Positions 36,580 through 47,140 are shown, counted from the first letter of the whole stretch. The stretch: DNA of 63,870 nucleotides, filler included, from Stramenopiles sp. TOSAG23-2 (GCA_900128395.1; 10 parts of 10 records of this genome joined end to end with filler, not necessarily neighbours in it); one strand, 5' to 3'. The notes: generated by a model not told the origin, from the letters alone. Program-made: numbers and translations.

Positions 36580-37575
36580 TTATACTACTGTGACAAAATC
36601 AACATCGATTAAATCATAGTTCACTTTGTAATATCCACTCGATTTATCCAATATTACTGCATTCTCCATACCGATTTCAAGTAAATCTTGTGCCATTACA
36701 CCTTTGTACAATGTTGTTGTATTCAAAAGACCATTTACATTCATATTACTATTATTTGAAATGGTATCATTGTATTGGAATGTGTAAACCGGTATACCCG
36801 AAGAAGATTCACCAATGCGTGTAATATTCAATTTTAATCGTTTGTCGGAAAGAAATAAGGCCTCAAAAAAATTGAAATTACCGTCAAATAAACTTGTATC
36901 ATGAAAATACATACCTTTAACATCAACATTATCACTTTCCATTACCCAATCAGTATCTTTGCTTGTTGGGTTACCAGTTTTATTGGTTGACGCAGCAAAA
37001 TTACATTTTGTAAGTGCCTCAACTTCTTTAAATATTGCTTTCCCTTCCTCGGATGCCAATAAGTTACAGGCAAATAAGTCAACTCTTCCACCTTCTATTG
37101 TAGCTTTCCCCAAAGCTTCCAAGACACGGCGCACGCAGTTGTTTGGGTCTTTCAGCTCATCTACACTTTTGATGGATATGTCCTTTGTTATCGCCCATTC
37201 AAAAGAAGTGTCGTCCGATGGTTTTGGACCATGATTTGCAAGTGCAATGCTTTCAAACCCTTTTCCGGATATAGATATTGAGGCCACCGAGTTTTCAATT
37301 AACTTGACCAACTCATCAGCATTCCCCGGGCTGTTGAAACTATACCCATATTTAGATACTTTTACCATATTCATGAAATCCACAATATCAGGTGTACGGT
37401 CGCTAAACAGTACCAAGCGATTCGATAAAGTGTTCACGGCAACTTGCCCATCTTTTCCCATTGTTATCCCTACCGTAGTAGCCCCATTGATCTTTATACG
37501 TGCCGTATTTTTGGCAACCAAAGGGACATTAATATCAATGGTATTGCCGTTTTCAACGCTTGCGCCCGCACCCAT
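36580..37575 (-). CDS. DUF4347 domain + peptidase S74 (intramolecular chaperone) fusion, predicted N-myristoylated
   Basis: MGAGAS start; ANHG, GRVDLFAC.L..SEEG and AAS...TG...DWVME (DUF4347); SDKRLK.NI..IG...GIPVY.FQY, GVMAQDL and YKVNY (S74). Confidence 0.8.
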   Translation of the reverse strand: MGAGASVENGNTIDINVPLVAKNTARIKINGATTVGITMGKDGQVAVNTLSNRLVLFSDRTPDIVDFMNMVKVSKYGYSFNSPGNADELVKLIENSVASISISGKGFESIALANHGPKPSDDTSFEWAITKDISIKSVDELKDPNNCVRRVLEALGKATIEGGRVDLFACNLLASEEGKAIFKEVEALTKCNFAASTNKTGNPTSKDTDWVMESDNVDVKGMYFHDTSLFDGNFNFFEALFLSDKRLKLNITRIGESSSGIPVYTFQYNDTISNNSNMNVNGLLNTTTLYKGVMAQDLLEIGMENAVILDKSSGYYKVNYDLIDVDFVTVV

Positions 37576-38646
37576 GTTTTGACTCTTTGCTTTCTTTTTT
37601 TTTGTAACGTGTATATATTTAAAATGCAATAACTCTCGCAATTACGCAGCAGATAAATTTATTTAAGTGATGGGAGTCTCTATTCGAAACCCTTATTTTG
37701 TTTTGCTGTGTTGGAAACAATCGGAAGAAATTTACAAATTACATGATATAATAATAATAGGTTATTAATTATTAAGAAGGTACTGTACAGTATACACGAC
37801 GTGAACTAATAATAGTTTTTTTTTTTTTTTTTTCAGTAGCTAGTAGTTCTACATAGTAGTATGTCATTAGGATAATTTAAAAATTTTACTCTCTTCCCTA
37901 TCTGCACTATATTCTAAATTCCCTACTCCGGATCTCGCCCCCATTTATTTCAATTATATTATAGCCAGCCTAAAAAATCCTTTCCTCACACTTGAACTAA
38001 TAAACACGAAAAAAATCATAGTATACTATTATTTATACTTATAATTTATTTACCCCTATCTAATCCAGATTTGCCTATCAAAAAATACATCACAGGAATA
38101 ATGATTAAACCACACAGCACGCAACATCAACTTGTCAACCAGCAAAAAGGGGCAATTTTTTACATAATTTTATACTTAAAGGGAAATTAGTATACGTTTT
38201 TTACGTGTTTTGTCAAATTGCATGCCAATTTAGAATCATCTATCTGGTTTGATTTCGTTTTGCTAATGCTATTTCTATGTTATGGCTTTCGAACCCCTCC
38301 TCTCCCAATACGCNNNNNNNNNNNNNNNNNNNNNNNNNNNNNNNNNNNNNNNNNNNNTTAATTAATTAANNNNNNNNNNNNNNNNNNNNNNNNNNNNNNN
38401 NNNNNNNNNNNNNAATTGATGAGAGATAGAAATGTGTTATCAATTAGTTTTTCTATTTTTTTATTTTTTAAATTATTTATTTTTATTAACTTATACCTTT
38501 TTTCAACAACAAAACAACAACAACAACAACAAAAGTTCAAAAATGATCTCGTACATACAGTATAATAGCCCAGCTAGTACAGGACTGTATAGTCTAATAG
38601 CTTTAAATATTTCCTCCGAGTCGCTAAACCGTCCACTATTGTGCTC

Positions 38647-38794
38647 CTGTACTGTACTCTGTACCAGGTACTGTAGCTTTTTGCAAAGTGTGGAGAAAAA
38701 ATCGTAGAATATACCAATGACTGTACTGTACTCTGTACCAGGTACTGTAGCTTTTTGCAAAGTGTGGAGAAAAAATCGTAGAATATACCAATGA
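38647..38794. repeat. Perfect 74-bp tandem duplication
   Basis: ctgtactgtactctgtaccagg...ataccaatga twice. Confidence 0.9.
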
Positions 38795-39067
38795 TTATAC
38801 TATAAGATGATAGGGAGTATAATATAATGCAATAAGGGGATAAAGGATTTTTTTAAGGGGATTTCATGGATTAAAAAAGGTGGTGTTTATAAAAATTCTG
38901 AAGAAAAAAAAAAAAGAATTTAAAAGGTGCGAAGATGAAGAAGATTTTATACCACACACACCTGCCAATCTCTACTGATATCTCTTATTTTCATGCGATT
39001 CATTTACCAACTGCAAATTATATCCCTTTTTTTGTCCGCGTCGTATTATAATGGGTTCATTTTTTTT

Positions 39068-40177
39068 TTACAACTTACTTGCAATGGCATTGGATGGTAA
39101 ATACAATTCTTCTAAACCATAATGTTCCATGATTTCTTTAAAATTTTTACGTTCATATTCTGTACATTGTGCTAAATGTGAACTTAATTTTTGTAATAAC
39201 ATTCGTCTACTTTTTTCAGTATAAGGACGATATAAATAACTAACATCTTCACCATAAACATTTGCAATAAATGCTTTACTTCCTTCTTCATGAGCTGTAC
39301 GACTACCTAATACAAAATTCTTAAATCCTTTAGACATCTCAGATAATATAGCACGTACATATGGTGATAAATTTGCTAATGTAATTTGATCTGGTGAACG
39401 TTTAATATTTATATTTGAACCAATTGCATTTCCAAATTCATCATGCCATTTTTGTACTAATTGAAAATCAGTGAACAATGTCTTTGGATATAAATCATGT
39501 AAAAAATGTGCCCTTAAACCACCCATCATTACACAATCAACTGCTGTTGGAGCATCACCAAATACAAATTTATGACCAGCTTTTAAATGTTCCTCAAACT
39601 CATAAAAAATTCGTACTATTTCATTTTCACATTCCCGCTTTTGTACATCACTACTAACGCCAAGCGCTTTAGCAGCACGTCTTCCCCAATTGATAACATT
39701 CTGTGCAGCTGCTTTTGCTTGTTTACCAGATATTCCTCTCCCTTCCATCATGCTCATTGCAGCATGTTGTGCACTTTCCTCCGTTGTACTCCAACGTGTA
39801 TGAATACACCAACGTGCACTCCATTCATCAAAATATTCTTCTAATACAGCAGTTAATGCACCAACAAGCCCGTCTGGATAAAATCGTTTTTGTGGCATAC
39901 GTGCATCCAATAATGTCAATAATGGTGTTGAATCTGCAATACACCAATTTTCTGGTGTTATTAAAACAGGTATTTGATGCGTTCCACTCCTCGATTCAAT
40001 CATTTTTGTATTGGAGTCATCTTTAAATATTAATTCATAATCATGTTGAAAATACCACTCCATGGCAGCTTGCATTTTTTGTGTAAAATAAGATTGTCGG
40101 GAACCATATAATTCATATTTTGCTATTACATTTGATGTATCACGTTGAGATTTTTTTTTTTCACCGTTGATACTCAT
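39068..40177 (-). CDS. Glutathione S-transferase-like protein with PTS1
   Basis: SYFTQK, QIPVL and DST motifs; F.FGD.PT.VD in the C-domain; C-terminal SKL. Confidence 0.85.
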   Translation of the reverse strand: MSINGEKKKSQRDTSNVIAKYELYGSRQSYFTQKMQAAMEWYFQHDYELIFKDDSNTKMIESRSGTHQIPVLITPENWCIADSTPLLTLLDARMPQKRFYPDGLVGALTAVLEEYFDEWSARWCIHTRWSTTEESAQHAAMSMMEGRGISGKQAKAAAQNVINWGRRAAKALGVSSDVQKRECENEIVRIFYEFEEHLKAGHKFVFGDAPTAVDCVMMGGLRAHFLHDLYPKTLFTDFQLVQKWHDEFGNAIGSNINIKRSPDQITLANLSPYVRAILSEMSKGFKNFVLGSRTAHEEGSKAFIANVYGEDVSYLYRPYTEKSRRMLLQKLSSHLAQCTEYERKNFKEIMEHYGLEELYLPSNAIASKL

Positions 40178-40193
40178 TGTGTTTTTGTTGTTG

Positions 40194-40421
40194 TTGTATA
40201 TATATGTAGTATTGAATGAATCAAGTAACTCTTTTTTTATTTTATCTGTTGTTTTCTTTTTTTCTCTCTATACGACACACTTCTATTCTTATTAAAAGAT
40301 ATTTTGTATATATGTGTAGTATTGAATGAATCAAGTAAATCTTTTTTTATTTTATCTGTTGTTTTCTTTTTTTTCTCTATACGACACACTTATATTCTTC
40401 TTAAAAGATATTTTGTATATA
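40194..40421. repeat. ~110 bp tandem duplication immediately upstream of the GST gene
   Basis: ttgtatatat.tgtagtattgaatgaatcaag... at 40194 and 40304. Confidence 0.85.
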
Positions 40422-41011
40422 TCATTTGCACATTTTTTAGGCACTTTTTGGCTCTGATTTATTTTGGATGAGACAGAGAAAAAAAACGACCTTAACCTTA
40501 TTAATATACAATAATATATTAGTACTATGCAGGTACAGTATAATATATAATAAATATACTGTAGCTATTAATAGTCGTTTAGGAGAGGTGTGTAAAGCAA
40601 CTAAATATACTACAACCCATGCCAAACACGACTGAATATTTTGTGTTGATGAAAAAATGTGCAATAGCTCTCCCAAAAACATTCTTGCGAATAGGTTCAC
40701 ACACTGTAACAAAACAGACAAATACTGTAACTTAAAAATAGAAAAAACGTTTCACATCAAAATGTAAAAAATGAGAAAACTTTTTTAGAAAACTTATACG
40801 AGCTCGTAAAAATTTACACACACATACACACACAAAACATTATAACTAGATTTCAAACTATAGCCTACAATCGCCTTTACTACGATCTTGCAACAATCGT
40901 CTTCGTCTTACATCATCGTCTGAGCTAGTCACTACATATTGCGTTCCTGTCAATACAATATGTTTGGAATATTTTTTATTCGTTTTATCTTTCAATGGCT
41001 AGGACTATTTT

Positions 41012-41593
41012 TCACCGTGGTTTTACCCGAATTAAACCAGTATCCAGCGCTGGTGCGAAAGCCCGTTCGCCGGTACCAGGCTTACAACAAGTACTCGAAC
41101 CAATATTAGAACCGCCAAATTTGCATTTGTTGCACTCTTTTGTGCCTCTTTTATTACTATACTTGCCCATGCTACACTCTTTGCATATGGTGCCTTCCCC
41201 AGCAGTTGGACTGTACTTCCCCAGTGAACATTTATTACATTTTTCTTCTAGACAATAACATGCATGAAGACGACTGCAATGTTTGTGTGACGATTTCAAC
41301 CTATTAAAATAAATCATGCTGTTGGAACTATACTTCCAACAACCATACGGCTCCTTATTATAACTAGTAGTCATTTTGAATACAGCCAGTGTGCTTTCTG
41401 CATATTGCTTGCACTGCAATTCAGTACTCATTGGATACTTACATTTACCGCTGGTTTTCCTGTATGCACCAACAATGTCAAGTCCATAACCAACTGAGCA
41501 GGAATTGCTATGGGATATATGTATTATCGAAATAAAAGACAATATAGTCAAAGTCAACGATATGTTTCCCTTATGTTCTAAATGCGACAACAT
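41012..41593 (-). CDS. Secreted Cys-rich protein with GCC2/GCC3 (ephrin-receptor-like) repeats; 3' end uncertain
   Basis: Hydrophobic N-terminus; C..C.LGKYS and C..C.MGKYS repeats. Confidence 0.7.
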   Translation of the reverse strand: MLSHLEHKGNISLTLTILSFISIIHISHSNSCSVGYGLDIVGAYRKTSGKCKYPMSTELQCKQYAESTLAVFKMTTSYNKEPYGCWKYSSNSMIYFNRLKSSHKHCSRLHACYCLEEKCNKCSLGKYSPTAGEGTICKECSMGKYSNKRGTKECNKCKFGGSNIGSSTCCKPGTGERAFAPALDTGLIRVKPR

Positions 41594-42070
41594 CTGTCTT
41601 TCGTCTTTTTAGTATTACAATTTTCAACTCCACAAATCAGGAATTGATTTTACTTCTGTAAATATAAATAAGATTGTTTCTTTATTTTAAAAGAAATCAA
41701 ATACGATTCAATTCTTAAACGTACAACAACATGTATAATATAATATCAAATCCTGAGTAAGAATCAACTTGATTATATCAATTGTTCTTTTCTTACTATA
41801 TAATATCTCTCTATTTCCAAAAAACGTATGCATTTCCATCTTTGCGACCTTTGCGATGATACAAAAAGATTCCCCCCCCGCGTGCCTTCTGTTTTTCCGC
41901 TGAAGAAGCGGTTTCCTCGTTTCCTCATTTAGAAGCACACACCAGCGTTGTAAAATAGCATTGGAATAGCACTGTCGGCAATAAAAGCCATTTTCTATCA
42001 AATGACATATAATTCATACTTGAATGGGAAATTAGAATACCATACTACGAAAATATTTGATTTTGCATTT

Positions 42071-42144
42071 TTTCTTTTCCTAAATACTATAGACACAGGC
42101 TGGAGAATTTCTTTTCCTAAATACTATAGACACAGGCTGGAGAA
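42071..42144. repeat. 37-bp tandem duplication upstream of RPS17
   Basis: tttcttttcctaaatactatagacacaggctggagaa twice. Confidence 0.9.
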
Positions 42145-42377
42145 TATGTTATGGCCAGTCAATCTTCGAACCAACTTGACCAAATCGATAATATCGGATT
42201 CTTGCATTTACCTCATAAAATAACACTACACAGTATTGATAAAAATATACAAATATATATATTGTTTAAAATAGAAAATACATATATGTATGTAAGAACA
42301 ACAAGTGTAGGAAGAGAAGTTATTTATAATCATCTTGAAACAAAGAAAAAAGAAAACAACAACAACATAAAACAAAA

Positions 42378-43193
42378 ATGGTAAGTTTATTATTATTCTT
42401 TATCCAATATAGTGGATTTGAAGACTGAGGCTGGAGTTCCTTTAGGAACGTACCCCTCCATGTACACGGAAGAGGCTGTGAGCGTGAATGATGTAAATGT
42501 ATATTGTATGTATATATATATATATATTTGTATTGTAGATTGGAAAAGTTAGTAAAAGGATTTTGATGTTACATCATGAATACTTTCTAACTTCAATTGA
42601 TACATACAATATATGTATATATACACACAATGTATATTTACAGAATACGCGTGGTCCCCTTTCGAGGCTGGAGCAACCAAAAGCCAATATGTTTGAAATA
42701 AAGCTTGTTGCGATCCCCTCCCGTAAAAAGTCTTTATAAACCTCTTAATACTAACATTATTTTACCTTTACTTAACAAACTACAGGGTCGCGTACGTACT
42801 AAAACTGTTAAAAGAACTGCTCGTCAAATCGTCGAGAAATACTATGCAAATCTTACTATGGATTTTGATATCAACAAACGTGTTTGTGATGAAGTAGCAA
42901 CCATTCCATCCAAAAGAATGCGCAATAAAATTGCAGGTTATGTAACTAAATTAATGAAACGTATTAGTCGTGGACCAGTTCGTGGTATTTCTCTTAAATT
43001 ACAAGAGGAAGAACGTGAACGTCGTCTTGACTTTGTACCAGAAGTTTCTGCAATTGACTTACCAGTAATTGAAGTAGATGAAGATACTAAAGCTATGCTT
43101 ACAGCTTTGAACTTAGGTAGATTGCCACGTGTACAAGTTGCTAGTGCAGGATCAAATAACTGGAACAGATCTAGCCGTGGACGTCATTATTAA
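42378..43193 (+). CDS. RPS17: 40S ribosomal protein eS17; exon 1 is ATG only (42378-42380), intron 42381-42785, exon 2 42786-43193
   Basis: ATG|GTAAGT donor, TACTAAC branch point at 42749 and TACAG acceptor give [10 protein letters not shown]...[15 protein letters not shown]. Confidence 0.97.
42427..42721 (+). ncRNA. Intronic array of three conserved hairpin motifs (putative regulatory RNA or small-RNA precursor)
   Basis: Three GAGGCTG(T)GAG...CCCCT units, each with a different but base-paired inner stem. Confidence 0.55.
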
Positions 43194-43430
43194 TTTATAT
43201 TTATTAAATATTGGATTTTTAGTTGTGTATGTGTGTGTTTTCTTAAAATGCCATATTTGCCAAGAAAACTTTTATAAAAAGCTTTTGAAGCAAATGTAAT
43301 ATAAGAGAAGATAAATATTCATATACATGTACATTCTCAAAATAATATAATTTTTATTACGAAATACCCCGCGACAGTGTAGTCTGTCTTTCGAATCTCC
43401 CTCTCCGCTCTCGTAATTCATTTTATATTT

Positions 43431-44210
43431 TCACATTATGACACATTTCTTCTTTTCTTTTCCATCACTACCATCATCAACAGTTGATGTATCATCTTTA
43501 GCTTTTCCTTCTTCTTTTTCTGCTACAACATATTTTGATTTAGGGCTACTAGAGTTATCTTTCGAAGATTTTTTGTTCATTGATTTTTTTTTAATAGATG
43601 TTATATCTGCTGCTTTCTTCTTTTCATTTTTTTCTTTATCATCAATAATAGCTTTGTTTTCCTCCGATGATTGCTGCTTCTTCTCTTCTTCTTCTTCTTC
43701 TTCATCATCATCTTCAATTACAATCAAATCATCATCACTACTATCATCACTGCTATAAAATGATTCTTTTTCAATTTTTAATTTAGGTATTGCAACTTTT
43801 AATTCTTCTTCAATTTTTTTAATCGCTTCATTTTTCGTATTTTCATTTCTCTTTGTAGTATTACGACGACGATTTGGCGATTCTTTCATTAAAAACTCAT
43901 CTAATTCCTCTTCAACTTTATCTTCAAAATTATATTCTTCCGTCATCTCTATATCATCTTTAAATTTTACAGTAGTACGTGGTGTATTTACTTTAATTTC
44001 ATTTTCTCTAATTTTTTCATCTTCTACTTCTAGAAAACCAGCATGTAAAAGATCTAATAACGACTGCCTTAAGCCACCAAAATATCTTTCAACATCACCT
44101 CCACAAAATTTATAACATGCCATAGCAACATTTATTGCAGCACTTCTTACATGATTATTTGGATGTTGTAAATGTTCAACTGTTCGTGACATGATATAAT
44201 CCAATGTCAT
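43431..44210 (-). CDS. HEAT/TOG-like helical repeat + acidic tail with CaaX box; likely last exon or a truncated gene
   Basis: LQHPNNHVRSAAI HEAT-like motif; C-terminal KKKCVIM prenylation signal. Confidence 0.65.
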   Translation of the reverse strand: MTLDYIMSRTVEHLQHPNNHVRSAAINVAMACYKFCGGDVERYFGGLRQSLLDLLHAGFLEVEDEKIRENEIKVNTPRTTVKFKDDIEMTEEYNFEDKVEEELDEFLMKESPNRRRNTTKRNENTKNEAIKKIEEELKVAIPKLKIEKESFYSSDDSSDDDLIVIEDDDEEEEEEEKKQQSSEENKAIIDDKEKNEKKKAADITSIKKKSMNKKSSKDNSSSPKSKYVVAEKEEGKAKDDTSTVDDGSDGKEKKKCVIM

Positions 44211-44905
44211 TGGTGGTTCATTGTTTTTTGTTTATTTTTTGTATTCTATTTTCGATGATGATGCGGGTAAAACAATACGAGATGTAACAATCGTTCGATC
44301 TATTTATATATACATATGATGCACTTGTATTGTTTATCTATCAGATTTGTATAAATCAATATACCATCATCATCATGCATTATATTTTCTATCACTAAAT
44401 ATTAAATGTGTACGCATGCCCGCGTCTATTTTTAACGCTTTTTTCATCATTTTTTCTTCACCAAAAATAATAATAAATCACATACCTATTTTTTTACAAC
44501 AGTAACTATAAGTAACAGTATGAGTAATTTTTACGAGGTACTAGTAGTATGGTACATATACGAGGCCAGAATTTGTTCCCTATCAATTCGACCTTAATAA
44601 CCACCTCCACCTGTTCTGTCTTTATGTAACAGTAACACAATGATCATGGTATACCAATAAAAAAGTTTCAGCTCAACTTTTCCATTTGCAACTTCTCCAC
44701 GAATAATACATNNNNNNNNNNNNNNNNNNNNNNNNNNNNNNNNNNNNNNNNNNNNTTAATTAATTAANNNNNNNNNNNNNNNNNNNNNNNNNNNNNNNNN
44801 NNNNNNNNNNNTAGATAGTATCAACTACTCATAATAGCTGATGGAAAACGGACATCATATATATATGTGTGTGTACGAAGTTCGTATGATATTAATAATG
44901 TGATC

Positions 44906-45280
44906 TGGTTAAAACCTACGAAAGTTGTTAATAATTTTACACTTCTCGTGTGAAGTAATATGCTCCAATACTTGTATTATGATATTTTATATTTTAAATA
45001 TATTTTATATATACTTCTTGTGTTAAAGTAATATATGCTCAATACTCAATCGCAAGAATAATACGAGTGTGTTATATCCTACTATTTGTAAAGCTCTAAT
45101 GCACCTCTGCAAACTAATACTCTACAAGCACAAGTAGGTTTCCATCCTTCCGTGCGCAATCGTTGAACGCGCTGGACGTCGGGTTCACTCGATAGCGGTG
45201 AGGCTGTCAAAGTGAAAGATCCTGTTGTGAACAACAATCGGCAACTAGTCAGATAAAGATCTTGAAGTGCACGGTTGTGG
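44906..45280 (+). mobile_element. Family A full-length copy with internal partial duplication
   Basis: Same ends as 3936-4245 (tggttaaaa... to ...gtgcacggttgtgg). Confidence 0.8.
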
Positions 45281-45828
45281 CAAAAAGCCGCGGTTTTAAT
45301 CACTTTAGCTTGTTGTAGATTATATATATATGAATTCGTACGATCCATTTCTGGTTGAAACTCTTTTTGTGTTTGTTTTAATTCACGTAACGTTGCACCT
45401 TGCTCAACTGCTTTTATAGGACATAAATCTAATGCATAGGATGATGCAACCTCGTTAAAAGCGCTTGAATCTACTAACATACTTTTTAATTCTTCTATAC
45501 GTTGATTTGCTGCACCTAAACAGTCCACAAAAAAGCTTAATTGTGCACGTTTTGCATCACCTTCACTTAAAACGGTTTTCAATCGACCAGAAACATCTTT
45601 CATTTCTTGTATTAATTTTCCTCTAGCTTCCTGTTCCAATGCACGTACTGCATCTAATGATCTAAAGAATGCTGACATGGATATAGAATCTTGATTCTGT
45701 TTCAATTGTTCTTGTGCAGCTTTTAATTTCATTTCCTCACGTACGGTTAATGATAATATTTGATCGATTCTATCTTCTATTGCTGGTTCATCCATAAAAC
45801 TATATAAACGTGTTTGGTTTAATTTTCC
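45082..45828 (-). pseudogene. Coiled-coil gene exon interrupted by or fused to family A element
   Basis: Coding-like sequence 45828-45281 follows a ttttacag acceptor; the last ~66 codons are antisense read-through of element A. Confidence 0.55.
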
Positions 45829-45994
45829 TGTAAAAAGTGATAAAATAATTCATATATGTTGTGTTAGCAATATAATGTTTGGAATATAATAAAAGAGGTA
45901 TTTAGTTGTGTTAAATATACATACCTATCATGACTTCTTTCATTATATTTACAGTTTTCCTACGTTTCATTTGCTCCCTTGCACGGTGCATACA

Positions 45995-46241
45995 TTCTTG
46001 ATATTTTGCATACGAACCCATGTTGTTTATACCGTTTGCCTTATTAAGATTCTATTATTAAATGCTTGTTATAAAATATATTTTCTACTTTCGATATATC
46101 TCTACGGATAAACAACTGTATTTCTTGATATTTTGCATACGAACCCATGTTGTTTATACCGTTTGCCTTATTAAGATTCGATTCTATTATTAATGCTTGT
46201 TATAGAATATATTTTCTACTTTCGATATATCTCTACAGATA
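45995..46241. repeat. ~127 bp tandem duplication
   Basis: ttcttgatattttgcatacgaacccatg... at 45995 and 46122. Confidence 0.85.
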
Positions 46242-46371
46242 ATCTCCTACTACTTGTTCTTGCGGCATAATAGGTTCGTACTTCTCAGCGCTTTACGACA
46301 CCGTGTTTATAATTTATTTGAGAAGTTGTACGTTTGTACCATTTTCCACCACCCTCTCCTTTTTCATTTTT

Positions 46372-47140
46372 TCAATAACACATCTTCGATGGCATTGAAA
46401 AAGTAGCAGTACTATTATCATCTCCAATTTGACACATCATATCCATAGTTGATTCACCGGTTGGTGGAACAAACGTTAATGTTACCATTTCCTTTGGTGA
46501 TCCTTGTACAACAACAGTGACATCCGAATCACTTGCAGTAGTAACTCTTTCCATACTAGCTTTACTAACACCAACCCATTTTTCTTTCACTTCACCTAAC
46601 AATGCCCAACCATTTGAAAATCGTTCTGCAAAATTATACAACACAAAATCATATATATGTATACATATATACATTATTTTCATTATGCATTAATTTACCA
46701 CCAAATGACTTTTTCGTTAATGCAGAAAGTGGTATTTGTTTCAACTGCAAAAAATTTTGCAACATCGAATCCAAGATCGTTTTAAATATGGATGATTGGA
46801 TACCCCAATTTTATTACATGGACATACGGGTCCTTTCGTCAATGTCAATACAGAAGCTTGAAGACGTGGATCTAGTTCAGTTGAATTATCACCCCATTTA
46901 TTACCTTTTTTTTTTGCACGGAGGGTGATCCAACAATAATCTTTGGATGGTGCACCACCAATAGCATATGCATAATTACCACTTGCACGAGCTTGCGTAA
47001 CAGCAAGTATTACCACCGTTGCTAACATATGACAACAATGTGACGTACAATAATGCATTGAAATGCCATTATTTGCAGCAGCTGTTCCCATTTGTTTCAA
47101 CCATGTTCGACCTGACGTAGCAGATGTAGTTAATGGTAAG
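46372..47140 (-). pseudogene. Degraded fragments of an uncharacterised glycoside-hydrolase-like gene
   Basis: Pieces WLKQMG.AA..NGI.MHYC, AVTQARAS, LTKGPV and NGWALLGE..KWV.VS..R are spread over different ORFs with apparent deletions. Confidence 0.5.

Noticed and set aside
42427-42480. TPP riboswitch or C/D snoRNA in the RPS17 intron
   Set aside because: CTGAG and TACCC are present, but the ACCTGA/GCGTAGG half is missing, and there is no canonical RTGATGA...CTGA box pair in the right order.
42705-42785. N-terminal extension of RPS17 in the ORF track
   Set aside because: Intron sequence; the true start is the ATG at 42378.
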